The position numbers and the translations under genes are program-made. DNA of 64,000 bases from Candidatus Pacearchaeota archaeon (GTDB lineage Archaea; Nanobdellota; Nanobdellia; Pacearchaeales; GW2011-AR1): the NCBI GenBank assembly GCA_023144035.1, contig JAGLGM010000001.1:65091-129090 (forward strand), in the 5' to 3' direction. Every line of letters starts with the position of its first letter. Position 1 is the first letter of the stretch. The notes beneath the pieces are model-generated. The model worked only from the letters and a program-made list of their open reading frames with translations, ran no database searches and was not told where the DNA came from. Below are positions 27,610 through 36,651 of the stretch, in pieces.

Positions 27610-27781
27610 TTATGCGAAGTTACCACCTACAAGCATCCATGAAATAGGTAACTATGTGAAATGTTGCTTTCATTGAGCATTCGAACTTGTTTGATAAGAA
27701 AAGACATTGTGAAATATGGATTTGAAACACTTGCGATTTAGTGCCTTAATTTATTCAATTCCTTAATAAAAAGAAAAGTTT

Positions 27782-27803
27782 AAATAAGTGCATTCACTTA
27801 TTT
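27782..27803. promoter_or_regulatory. Inverted repeat AAATAAGTG-catt-CACTTATTT; putative RHH operator
   Basis: 9-bp arms, 5 bp upstream of the antitoxin ATG at 27808. Confidence 0.5.
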
Positions 27804-27807
27804 TCAT

Positions 27808-28038
27808 ATGACAAATATAACTCTTTCAATTGATAATGAAGTTTACAATAAAATGCGTAAATTTTCTGAGATAAAATGGAGTGAATTTGTAAGAAAAATT
27901 ATTAAACAACGAATTGATGAAATGGAAAAAATAGATAAAGAAGGCTGGAAAAACGCAAAATTTTTAGGAGATGAAAAATTATTAGAACAATCATGGTCCT
28001 CAAAAGAAGATGAAAAAGCTTTCTCTTATTTGCAATGA
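27808..28038 (+). CDS. Ribbon-helix-helix antitoxin (paralog of 4015..4245)
   Basis: 76 aa. MTNITLSIDNEVYNKMRKFSEIKWSEFVRKIIKQRI. 4-nt overlap with the downstream MazF toxin gene. Confidence 0.6.
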   Translation: MTNITLSIDNEVYNKMRKFSEIKWSEFVRKIIKQRIDEMEKIDKEGWKNAKFLGDEKLLEQSWSSKEDEKAFSYLQ

Positions 28039-28364
28039 AATTAAAAAGATTTGATATAGTTCTTGTTGATTTTCCTTTTAGTGATTTAAAAAAAACAAAG
28101 AAAAGACCAGCAATGGTTATCAATTCTTTAGAAGGAGAAAATTCAATTTTATGTCAAATTACTACAAAAAATAGAAAAATTAAAAAATATGAAATACAAC
28201 TTAAAAAAGAATATTGTGAAGGAGAAATACAATTTGATTCACTAATTTATGTTGATATGATTTTTACATTACACAAAAGTCTTATTTACAGAAAAATTGG
28301 AGAAATAAAAGATATCCAAACAAAAGAAGAGATTAACAATAAAATTAAATTAACTTTAAAATAA
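28035..28364 (+). CDS. MazF/PemK-family toxin
   Basis: 109 aa. [24 protein letters not shown] PemK signature. Confidence 0.7.
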   Translation: MKLKRFDIVLVDFPFSDLKKTKKRPAMVINSLEGENSILCQITTKNRKIKKYEIQLKKEYCEGEIQFDSLIYVDMIFTLHKSLIYRKIGEIKDIQTKEEINNKIKLTLK

Positions 28365-28365
28365 A

Positions 28366-28563
28366 ATGGCAAAACATAAAAAACTGTATAGAAATACAAA
28401 GAATAAAATGATTGCTGGAGTTTGTTCAGGAATAGCAGAATATTTAGACGCAGATCCTACAATTGTAAGATTAATTTGGGCAATTGCAACTCTAATCTCA
28501 ATAGGAGCAGGTATAATTGCATATTTAATAGCATGGATAATTGTCCCAGAAAAAACAAAATAA
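28366..28563 (+). CDS. PspC-domain membrane protein
   Basis: 65 aa. [38 protein letters not shown] matches the PspC domain. Followed by a TM helix. Confidence 0.75.
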   Translation: MAKHKKLYRNTKNKMIAGVCSGIAEYLDADPTIVRLIWAIATLISIGAGIIAYLIAWIIVPEKTK

Positions 28564-28672
28564 GTTATCTTTAAAAACTAATTTTTTGTATATAACATAT
28601 GACAAAGGTTGTCTATCAGGCATGACCTTATATTAAAGGAAGATTATGCAAAAGAAACCTTGATGTCTTTAC

Positions 28673-28790
28673 GCCCCTATAGTTCAGTGGCCAAGAATGC
28701 TGCCCTTTCAGACTGAAACTTTGTTTCATCTTCCCTTAAAAAAGGAAGTAAAGAAAGGCAGTGACCCGAGTTCGAATCTCGGTAGGGGCG
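28673..28790 (+). tRNA. tRNA-Glu (anticodon UUC) with 45-nt intron
   Basis: Acceptor GCCCCTA/TAGGGGC+G. D-arm GTTC-AGTGGCCAA-GAAT. Anticodon stem CTGCC/GGCAG, loop CTTTCA|intron. T-arm CCGAG-TTCGAAT-CTCGG. Confidence 0.8.
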
Positions 28791-28835
28791 TTTCTAAAGA
28801 AAAAACCTTAAAATTGCAAGATTCTTGGATTATTT

Positions 28836-29117
28836 ATGAAAAAATTTGATGAATTAAAATATTGGTTGGATTTAAATGAACATATTAAAACTGCTTTGGC
28901 TTCGGCTGGTCTTGGAATTGCTATAGTTGGATTGAATTCATTGACACAAAACCCCACTTTGAAAGTTCTTACTATAATCGCTTTAGTTTTTTCAATTAGC
29001 ATAATAATTATGCAATTAATTTTAGGATTTAGGCAAATAAAAAGAGATTGCAAATTAAGAAAAGAATACAAAGTAAAATATCAAAGGCAATTGGATAATT
29101 TAAAAAGAACCGGTTAA
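28836..29117 (+). CDS. Hypothetical two-TM membrane protein (inside tRNA-Glu-linked island)
   Basis: 93 aa, two hydrophobic helices. No family recognised. Confidence 0.4.
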   Translation: MKKFDELKYWLDLNEHIKTALASAGLGIAIVGLNSLTQNPTLKVLTIIALVFSISIIIMQLILGFRQIKRDCKLRKEYKVKYQRQLDNLKRTG

Positions 29118-29242
29118 AAATGAATAACTACTTACTCACAAGTTTAATCACCTTAATTTATACTTTTTGAATTTGGAGAAGATTAATTCCTTCTTTTTTC
29201 TTAATAAGATAATATTAAATATGATAAGAATATCTTAATTTA

Positions 29243-29608
29243 ATGTGTAAAAATTATATTGATTTTATAAATAAAGAGTTTAAAAAATGTTCGGCAGAAG
29301 AAATTGAAATTGGAAAAACAGCAGAATTCCATATTAAAAGAGGTAGAAAATCTCTTTCTGAAATAAAAAAAGAGCTTTTAAATTGCAATTCTCTTAAAGT
29401 TGCTAACAAAGAAAAAATATCAGGAGAAACAAGATACACTCTTTATTTTATTTACACAAGAAGAAAAGGAACAAGATATACAATTACATTTAGAGGGGAG
29501 AAGATAAGATTAATAACTACAATTCCTCTAGGAAAAAAGAGTATTCAAAAAGCAGAGAAAAAGTTGAAAAAAACATTTAAAAAGACGAATCCCTTTAATT
29601 TAAAATGA
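29243..29608 (+). CDS. Hypothetical protein (island gene)
   Basis: 121 aa, basic. Stop overlaps the next ORF. Confidence 0.4.
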   Translation: MCKNYIDFINKEFKKCSAEEIEIGKTAEFHIKRGRKSLSEIKKELLNCNSLKVANKEKISGETRYTLYFIYTRRKGTRYTITFRGEKIRLITTIPLGKKSIQKAEKKLKKTFKKTNPFNLK

Positions 29609-29976
29609 TAGAAAGAGAATTTAAATATTTATATAATGAAGAAGATGATATTCTATCTATCTATGATGAGCAACATAAACCTTTTGAATTTGTAGAACTC
29701 TCTGATTTTTTAGCTCTTGGTTTGAATAAAGATGGAAGTTTTAATTGTCTTGAAATTTCAGATGCTTTTAACTTTTTTAAGATAGTGAATAAAAAGATAG
29801 ATAAAGATTTTTTAAAGAATTTAAAATCAACAAAATTAAGACAAGAAATATTCAGGGGAGCTTTCTATTTATTTTTAGTCTTATTTTCTAAAGAGGGAAA
29901 AGAAATAGAACAATCATTACCTCCTTTATTTCAGTGGGAATATGAAAGTCCTTTACTTAAAACATTAAAACATTAA
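29605..29976 (+). CDS. Hypothetical protein (island gene)
   Basis: 123 aa. Overlaps the previous ORF by 4 nt. Confidence 0.4.
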   Translation: MIEREFKYLYNEEDDILSIYDEQHKPFEFVELSDFLALGLNKDGSFNCLEISDAFNFFKIVNKKIDKDFLKNLKSTKLRQEIFRGAFYLFLVLFSKEGKEIEQSLPPLFQWEYESPLLKTLKH

Positions 29977-29997
29977 CTCCCTTTGTAAATACCTTAG

Positions 29998-30013
29998 CTT
30001 ACTAACCTCTCGG
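29998..30013 (+). repeat. 16-bp copy of the tRNA-Glu(UUC) 3' end (tctcggtaggggcgtt); att-like
   Basis: Identical to the tRNA 3' terminus at 28776..28791. Confidence 0.6.
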
Positions 30014-30119
30014 TAGGGGCGTTATTCTACTAGACTTATATAATTTATTCATAAACTAAAATACAACAAAAGATTTATATAATAATATCAATTGATACTA
30101 TCATATTAAAGAAATTAAA

Positions 30120-30401
30120 ATGCAATTATTGAAAAAAAATCCCCCTATAAGAAGTCCAACATTACAAACAGTATTAATGGTTGAAAAATTTATTGACAAA
30201 AATAGCGGAGAATATAAAAAAACAGAATTATTTAGAAAACTCCCTAAAAAAGTAATGTGGCAAACATTCCAAACCATAATGAGATATTTAGAAGATATTC
30301 ATAAAATAGCTTATGATAATAAAGATTATGTTGTTTATATTTGGAACCCAGAGTTTGCAAAGAAGTTTGAAGGGAGAGAAGACTTAATATGGAAGGAATA
30401 G
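30120..30401 (+). CDS. Hypothetical protein, possible antitoxin of the following RelE-like gene
   Basis: 93 aa. Overlaps the downstream gene by 13 nt. Confidence 0.35.
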   Translation: MQLLKKNPPIRSPTLQTVLMVEKFIDKNSGEYKKTELFRKLPKKVMWQTFQTIMRYLEDIHKIAYDNKDYVVYIWNPEFAKKFEGREDLIWKE

Positions 30402-30712
30402 TTATTTTTAATGATTTCTCTTTGAAAAATGCATTTGAAATTCTGAAAGATACTGATAAAGAATTACATTCTCAAATAGACAAGGCTACAAGTGATATAA
30501 GAGAGAATGTTTTTTGCGGAAGAAATGTGAAAAAAAAGTTGATACCTAAAAAATTTTCTAGGAAATATGGAATTGATAATTTATGGATATATAATTTAAG
30601 AAGTGGATGGAGATTATTATATTCTGTGTCTTCTCCAGATAAGATTAAGATTCTAGCAATAGTTCTTAATTGGATGAACCATAAAGAGTATGAAAAGTTG
30701 TTCAAATTCTAA
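30389..30712 (+). CDS. RelE/ParE-like toxin (tentative)
   Basis: 107 aa. C-terminal WRLLYSVSSPDKIKILAIVLNWMNHKEYE resembles RelE/ParE YRxxYxV...IxIlxIxxHxxxY. Confidence 0.4.
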   Translation: MEGIVIFNDFSLKNAFEILKDTDKELHSQIDKATSDIRENVFCGRNVKKKLIPKKFSRKYGIDNLWIYNLRSGWRLLYSVSSPDKIKILAIVLNWMNHKEYEKLFKF

Positions 30713-30722
30713 AATTAATTAA

Positions 30723-30766
30723 TAAGAAAGGCAGTGACCCGAGTTCGAATCTCGGTAGGGGCGTTT
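30723..30766 (+). repeat. 44-bp perfect copy of the tRNA-Glu(UUC) 3' exon (aagaaaggcagtgacccgagttcgaatctcggtaggggcgtttc); attR-like
   Basis: Identical to 28751..28794. Spans from the anticodon-stem 3' strand to the tRNA 3' end, the classic archaeal integrase att core. Confidence 0.8.
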
Positions 30767-30857
30767 CAGAGTATAAAACTCTCAAAATTAAATCACATTT
30801 CTATACGACTACATAGAAAGGCTTATAAATAATGTAGACGTACATTTATTATATAAA

Positions 30858-31325
30858 ATGGTATATACAGAAATAAAAAAAAGAAATAAAAAAAAATATT
30901 ATTATAGAGTAACTTCTATTAGAAAAGGTGTAAAAGTAAATAAAAAAAGAAAATATTTAGGAGTAAATATATCTAAAAAAGAATTGCAAGAAAAAGAAAA
31001 AGAAGCAGACAAATTTTTAATATCACAAAAAAACCAAATAAAACAAAAAGCTATTGAAGAGCTAACACAAAAAATCATAAAAATTTTAAAAGAAAATAAT
31101 ATAAAAAAAGCAGGTATTTTTGGAAGTTATTCTAGAAAAGAACAAAAAAAGAATAGCGATATTGATATCTTAATTCAACCAACAAAAAAAATGGGGTTTA
31201 AATTTGCTGGTTTAGAAATTCAACTCACAAAAGCATTAAAGAAAAAAGTTGATTTAGTAAGTTATAATGGAATAAGTCCTTATTTAAAAGATAAAATATT
31301 AAGTGAAGAAATAAGAATAATATGA
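30858..31325 (+). CDS. Nucleotidyltransferase (MNT) antitoxin of HepT/MNT pair
   Basis: 155 aa. GIFGSYSRKEQKKNSDIDIL pol-beta NTase motif. Imperfect inverted repeat AATGTA-gacg-TACATT 12 bp upstream. Confidence 0.7.
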   Translation: MVYTEIKKRNKKKYYYRVTSIRKGVKVNKKRKYLGVNISKKELQEKEKEADKFLISQKNQIKQKAIEELTQKIIKILKENNIKKAGIFGSYSRKEQKKNSDIDILIQPTKKMGFKFAGLEIQLTKALKKKVDLVSYNGISPYLKDKILSEEIRII

Positions 31326-31669
31326 ATAAAAATAATCTAGCTTTTATTGAACATATATTAGAAAGTATAAATGCAATAATGGAATTTTCTAAAGATATTA
31401 ATAAAAAAGAATTAATTTCAAATAGATTAAAACAAAGTGCAATAGTGAGAGAAATAGAAATTATAGGGGAAGCTGTTAAAAACATTTCTAAAGATCTTAA
31501 AAATAAACATCCAGAAATTGAATGGAAAGAAATTGTCGGTACAAGAGATAAAATGATTCATCATTATTTTGGTGTGGATTTAAATATTATTTGGGAAATA
31601 ATTAAAACTGATTTACCTGATTTAAAAAAACATATACTAAAAATAAAAGAAAATTTAAAGAAAGATTAA
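31322..31669 (+). CDS. HepT-like HEPN toxin (DUF86)
   Basis: 115 aa. RDKMIHHYFGVDLNIIWE is the DUF86/HepT Rx4HxY signature. 4-nt overlap with MNT. Confidence 0.7.
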   Translation: MNKNNLAFIEHILESINAIMEFSKDINKKELISNRLKQSAIVREIEIIGEAVKNISKDLKNKHPEIEWKEIVGTRDKMIHHYFGVDLNIIWEIIKTDLPDLKKHILKIKENLKKD

Positions 31670-31685
31670 TTAACAAAATTCAAAA

Positions 31686-33050
31686 TTACTTAACTTCTTC
31701 AAGTTTTTCATAACCTGGAAGCTTCATTGTTTTTGCAATTTTTCTCGCAGAATCTACATGATTATAATGTTTTTCCACAGCTCTTTTATTATCTTCTAAT
31801 ACTGAATTTGCCATTTCAATTCTTCTTTCTATTCCTAATTTATTTGTAAATTCTTTATAAGCTTCTTTATCTGAAAGTATATGTTCAATATCTTGTATTC
31901 TATTTACCCACTTATCTCCATAAGATTTAATTAACTCATCATTATAAAAATGCTTAAAATTCATTTCTCTTTGTTCAAAATCAGGATGTACTTCTGTAAG
32001 ATATCTTCCAACCATAGGAGTTCCAGAAACTTGAGATTCAATATATCCAAGTCCAAAACCTTCTCGCTCACTCGGACTTAAAGCTAAATCAGAAATATGA
32101 TATAAATTTCCAATATTAAAATTAACCCCATCTATAAATTTTGATATTTCTCCTAAAGAAACAGGAATATTATGTTTTTCTGCAACAAATTCTGAAATTC
32201 TTTGATATGTGTTTAATTGAGGATAAGGTTTTTCTCCATCAATAGATGCTGTTACAAGTAACTTATATTTTTCCCCTGTAATTTCATTTAAATTTCTTAT
32301 AATAGGAAATGCTACTTCAATTGCCTTTCTCTCTACAATTCTATTTGGACAAGAAATAATTTTTTCTCCAGAATCAACAATCCCTTCTTTTTCTAATAAT
32401 TCTCTAAAAGCCTCATCTTTTCCATCATCTTTCTTATAAAAGTTATCACAAACTATTGGATTTCTTATTACATTTATTTCTTTATCATAATATTTTTGCA
32501 TTCTTATTTTTGCAGGAGAAGTTAAAACAGATGTTGAAAAATTAGGTGTTCTTGGAAATGCTTGTTGAGTATGTTCAAAAACCTTATTAAATTTATTCCA
32601 ATCTTCTTTATGATCCCAAATATAATCATGATTTCTCCAATGAACTGGTTTATTAACTGTTTCTGTAAATTCTTTAAAAGCTTTAGTTGCATAAGGATTT
32701 ATTCCCCTTATAGGATTTTCAATTATAATATAATCTAAATCTTTTGTCAAATCAACTAATCCTCCAAGCAAATACCGATAAGAATCAGAATTAAACAAAG
32801 GCAATTCTCTTTGATCATGTTCATCAAAAACTCCTTTTTTAAATTCTTCACCAATAAATGTTAGTTCCATATTGGGATAAATAACATTTCCTCCTTGAAC
32901 AATACTATTATCTACCACAGTATTAACTCCTAATGAACTCTCATTCCAAAAATAATGAACTACTCCTACTTTTAAGGGTTTTTCACTAAGAACTGCATCT
33001 TGCTCTCCTGAATTTGAATTTTTCCCTAAAGCTGTATAATTTTTCGTCAT
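31686..33050 (-). CDS. GT-B fold glycosyltransferase (GT4-like)
   Basis: 454 aa. C-terminal EREGFGLGYIESQVSGTPMVGR matches the GT4 E-x7-E/EGFGL motif. N-terminal half is atypical. Confidence 0.45.
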   Translation of the reverse strand: MTKNYTALGKNSNSGEQDAVLSEKPLKVGVVHYFWNESSLGVNTVVDNSIVQGGNVIYPNMELTFIGEEFKKGVFDEHDQRELPLFNSDSYRYLLGGLVDLTKDLDYIIIENPIRGINPYATKAFKEFTETVNKPVHWRNHDYIWDHKEDWNKFNKVFEHTQQAFPRTPNFSTSVLTSPAKIRMQKYYDKEINVIRNPIVCDNFYKKDDGKDEAFRELLEKEGIVDSGEKIISCPNRIVERKAIEVAFPIIRNLNEITGEKYKLLVTASIDGEKPYPQLNTYQRISEFVAEKHNIPVSLGEISKFIDGVNFNIGNLYHISDLALSPSEREGFGLGYIESQVSGTPMVGRYLTEVHPDFEQREMNFKHFYNDELIKSYGDKWVNRIQDIEHILSDKEAYKEFTNKLGIERRIEMANSVLEDNKRAVEKHYNHVDSARKIAKTMKLPGYEKLEEVK

Positions 33051-33155
33051 TTTATCAATTTATAATATATTTTACTTAATATATACTCAAATATATACTT
33101 TTATTTATAAATCTTTTGTAACTTTTATAAAATAGTAAAGATTTTTTAGAAAAAA

Positions 33156-34571
33156 TCACAACTTTTTAACCATATAAGTGTCTTTTAATCTATATTTTAG
33201 TCTCCTATAATATTCTCTAACACCAATTCCAGAAATAATAGACAATTCTTTTATATTTTTATTCTTTACAATATTCTCTGCTTCACTTATAAGCCATTTA
33301 CCTAAACCACTATGTTGTCCTAATTTTTTACCTTTTTCACCTAATTTTAAAGCTTGACCATAAACATGAATCTCTCTAATAATTGCTTTTTTATTGCCCT
33401 CTTTACTAGAGGATACACCTTCTTTAAGACCTACTTGGTTGGGTGTTACAATTCTTAATCTTAAAAGACCAAACAAAAGATAATCTTTATTTACAATTTC
33501 TAAAAAATATTCATCACCTTTTGAAGCTTTATATTTTGTAATTTTCAAATCTAAATCTAAATTAATGTCTCTTTTATCCCGCAAAGCAAACCCAATTTCC
33601 CTATATCTTATTTCTTTTAATTGACTTTTCTTTTCTCTTAATTCATTTTCTATTTCTTTACGTAAATCAATTCTAATTGTACCTGCAACAAGATATTCTG
33701 GAGGTATTTCACGCATTACACGCATTACCCTACAATATTTAGGGACCAACTTTAACATTTCAATCAACACTTTTTCAATCTTTTCTCTACTATAAGGTTT
33801 ATATTTTTTCTTCCAATACATTTTTTCAAGTTCAGAACAAGGCATAACTTGACAAGGATATAATTTTAGTTGATCAGGTTTAAATTTAGAATCTGAAAAC
33901 AATTTTTTAAATAATTCTAAGTCTTTTTTAATATTGCTCCCAGGCAATCCTAGCATAATATGGTATCCAATTTTAAATCCTGCATTTTTTAGATCTTCTG
34001 TTGCTTGAACAACATCTTGAACAGTATGTCCTCTCTTAACTTTCTCATAAATCTTATTATCAATAATCTGAACTCCTAATTCTACACGAGTAACTCCCCA
34101 TTTTCTCATCTTTTTTATATGGTCTGAACAAACATCTGGTCTAGTTTCAACGCAAAGAGCAACACACCTATGCTTTGAACTCTCATTTTTCTTTTGAGCT
34201 TCCATCAAACTACCAGATTCACTATTATTTAACCCATCATAACAAGATTTTATAAATTTGTTTTGAAACTTTTCAGAATATTCTAAAAAAGTCCCGCCCA
34301 TAATTATTAATTCAATCTTCTCTGTTGGATGATTCATTGCTTTGAAAGCCTTTAACCTATCTACCACTTGTCTATAAGCATCATATTTAACTTCCATTGC
34401 CCTCATAACAACAGGTGATTTAGGAGTATAGCTTTGCGGAACATTTAAATTAGGACAATAAACACATGCACCATGATTACATTTACGAGGAGGCAACATT
34501 ACAGCTACAGGAGTTACTCCTGAAATTGTTTTTGTGGGTTTTCTAATTTCTCCTTTCTTTGGTTTTAACAT
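33156..34571 (-). CDS. elp3: Elp3-family radical-SAM/GNAT tRNA uridine-34 carboxymethyl-modification enzyme
   Basis: 471 aa. Cys cluster CNHGACVYC (Cx4Cx2C as in Elp3). Radical-SAM TIM barrel. C-terminal acetyltransferase-like domain (IREIHVYGQALKLGEK...). Confidence 0.75.
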   Translation of the reverse strand: MLKPKKGEIRKPTKTISGVTPVAVMLPPRKCNHGACVYCPNLNVPQSYTPKSPVVMRAMEVKYDAYRQVVDRLKAFKAMNHPTEKIELIIMGGTFLEYSEKFQNKFIKSCYDGLNNSESGSLMEAQKKNESSKHRCVALCVETRPDVCSDHIKKMRKWGVTRVELGVQIIDNKIYEKVKRGHTVQDVVQATEDLKNAGFKIGYHIMLGLPGSNIKKDLELFKKLFSDSKFKPDQLKLYPCQVMPCSELEKMYWKKKYKPYSREKIEKVLIEMLKLVPKYCRVMRVMREIPPEYLVAGTIRIDLRKEIENELREKKSQLKEIRYREIGFALRDKRDINLDLDLKITKYKASKGDEYFLEIVNKDYLLFGLLRLRIVTPNQVGLKEGVSSSKEGNKKAIIREIHVYGQALKLGEKGKKLGQHSGLGKWLISEAENIVKNKNIKELSIISGIGVREYYRRLKYRLKDTYMVKKL

Positions 34572-34612
34572 AAAATCACAGAATTTTTAACCTTAAAATA
34601 CTTACTATCCTC

Positions 34613-35254
34613 ATGAATTCACAAAATCAACAAGAAGTTTGGGATAAAATAGCAAATAAATGGGAAATTTTCAGAGTTAATCCAATTAATGAAGTAAAAG
34701 AATTTTTGAAAAATAAAAAAGGAAAAGTCCTAGATTTAGGCTGTGGTAGTGGACGAAATTTTATTAAAAGAAAAGATTTAGAGTTCTATGGTGTTGACTT
34801 TAGCAAAGAAATGGTTAAAATAGCAAAACAAAAACCATATAAAAAAGTTTTAAAATCAAATGCATGGGAAATTAAATTTCCAGATAATTTCTTTGACTAT
34901 GCCCTTTACATTTCTGCACTTCATTGTATTCCTTTAAAAAAAGATAGAGAAAAAAGTTTAATAGAATTAGCAAGAGTTCTAAAACCAAAAGCACAAGCTT
35001 TCATAAGTGTATGGGATAAAGAACAACCAAAATTTAAAGATAAAGGAAAAGAAATTTATCTTAAATGGGGATTTCAAGATAAAGAACCTTTTGTAGAAAG
35101 ATATTACAAACTTTACACTAAAAAAGAAATAATAAAACTTCTAGAAAAACATTTTAAAATAAAAAAAATATGTGAAAAAAACACTGAAGATGATAAAGGA
35201 GCAAGTAGATTTTCAAAAAGAAACTTAAACATAAAAGTAGAATCTAAAAAATAA
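34613..35254 (+). CDS. Class I SAM-dependent methyltransferase
   Basis: 213 aa. Motif I VLDLGCGSGRN. Motif post-I FYGVDFSKEMV. Confidence 0.7.
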   Translation: MNSQNQQEVWDKIANKWEIFRVNPINEVKEFLKNKKGKVLDLGCGSGRNFIKRKDLEFYGVDFSKEMVKIAKQKPYKKVLKSNAWEIKFPDNFFDYALYISALHCIPLKKDREKSLIELARVLKPKAQAFISVWDKEQPKFKDKGKEIYLKWGFQDKEPFVERYYKLYTKKEIIKLLEKHFKIKKICEKNTEDDKGASRFSKRNLNIKVESKK

Positions 35255-35271
35255 TTTATTATTAAAATTTT

Positions 35272-35520
35272 ATGAACCTTAAACAAAGAAAAAAGGAATT
35301 ATCAGAAAAATTAGAAGCTGTAGAAGTTTCTAAAAAAGAAATATGGAATCATTTAAAAGATTATAGAGTGCTAGGAATCTTTCCTTTTTATAGAAAATAT
35401 ATTGAAAATAAAGTAGAAATAACCTCTAGCTTAAGAAAACCTTTTATTAAACTTAAAAAAGAAGTGAAAATGCATAAACTAAATTGTAAATATAATTTTC
35501 CTGCAATTAATCAAAATTAA
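35272..35520 (+). CDS. Hypothetical protein
   Basis: 82 aa. No family recognised. Confidence 0.3.
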   Translation: MNLKQRKKELSEKLEAVEVSKKEIWNHLKDYRVLGIFPFYRKYIENKVEITSSLRKPFIKLKKEVKMHKLNCKYNFPAINQN

Positions 35521-36030
35521 TTATTTCCTCTTAACCATTTTTATCATATCAAAAAAAGATTTCTTATCAAAATCAATTATTTTCTTTGAAGGAGGGTCAA
35601 TATTAACTTTTATCATACCTAAACCAGAAACAAAAACAGTAGCAATCAATAAATCTTTTCCTTCTGAATTTTGCAAAGATAAAAGAATCTTCTGAACTCT
35701 ACTTTTAATTTTCTCCTCACTCATTTTTTCTTTAATTATTTTTTCTACTTCATCTAAATCAAAATCATATCCAAAACTTAATTTCTTAGGAGTTTTATTA
35801 TCAAAAGTTTCAATAGGAACTTTCTCAATTCCATTTTCTAATTTAAAACTAAAAACTTTTTTTAATGTTGGAGCATAACAATCAAGATGTCTTTGATGAT
35901 CTGCTTTTTCAAAATCCATTACAAAAAAACCAGAACAAATATATGCATCTGGATTTTCTAACATAAAATCTTGATATTCGTCAGAATTATGCAATTTCTC
36001 TAAGTAAAAATTAAAGTTCATTTTAATCAA
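35521..36030 (-). CDS. Hypothetical protein (co-transcribed with NYN-domain gene)
   Basis: 169 aa. 8-nt overlap with the upstream NYN gene. Confidence 0.4.
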   Translation of the reverse strand: MIKMNFNFYLEKLHNSDEYQDFMLENPDAYICSGFFVMDFEKADHQRHLDCYAPTLKKVFSFKLENGIEKVPIETFDNKTPKKLSFGYDFDLDEVEKIIKEKMSEEKIKSRVQKILLSLQNSEGKDLLIATVFVSGLGMIKVNIDPPSKKIIDFDKKSFFDMIKMVKRK

Positions 36031-36595
36031 AAAACTCGTCTAAAAGATCTTTATTTAATTCTAATGATTTATGACAATGTTGTTTTAAATTTCTAGAAGA
36101 ACTTTTTTTAAAATAAATATTAATTATTTTCTTTTTTCTTTTTTTAACAGATTTTACTGCAGGCACAAAATCTCCGTCTCCAGAAATAAGAATTGCTATA
36201 TCAAATTTATTATCATAGGCATCCTCTACAATATTTACAGCCATATTTATATCATCTTCTTTTAATACATAATAATATTTTTCAGAATTAGGAATTTTTC
36301 TTTTTAATAATTTACATAAAACTAAATTAAAATTAGGTATTTGTTTCAGTTTATTGAAAAACTCTTTTTGGCTAAGAAACTTTTGAAAATCATTTGATTT
36401 ATCTAATTGAGCATTATAATAATATGTTTCTACCAATTCATTATTTTCAACTAAAAAATTAATAAACTTTTCAAAATTAAATTTCTTTAAACTTTTATTT
36501 TTACCATAAATTAATCTAAGTCCGTAGTAAAAATTATTCCCATCAATAAAAACACTTACTTTTTCCATTTTAGAAAAGATGCCCATCCATTGCAA
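36023..36595 (-). CDS. NYN-domain (LabA-like) putative ribonuclease
   Basis: 190 aa. VFIDGNNFYYG...DINMAVNIVEDA...DIAILISGDGDFVPAV matches NYN/LabA acidic motifs. Confidence 0.7.
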   Translation of the reverse strand: MQWMGIFSKMEKVSVFIDGNNFYYGLRLIYGKNKSLKKFNFEKFINFLVENNELVETYYYNAQLDKSNDFQKFLSQKEFFNKLKQIPNFNLVLCKLLKRKIPNSEKYYYVLKEDDINMAVNIVEDAYDNKFDIAILISGDGDFVPAVKSVKKRKKKIINIYFKKSSSRNLKQHCHKSLELNKDLLDEFFD

Positions 36596-36651
36596 GCAAT
36601 GATGAGCGTATATGAAAATTAATAGTTATTAACCTTTATAAGGATTTGGTT

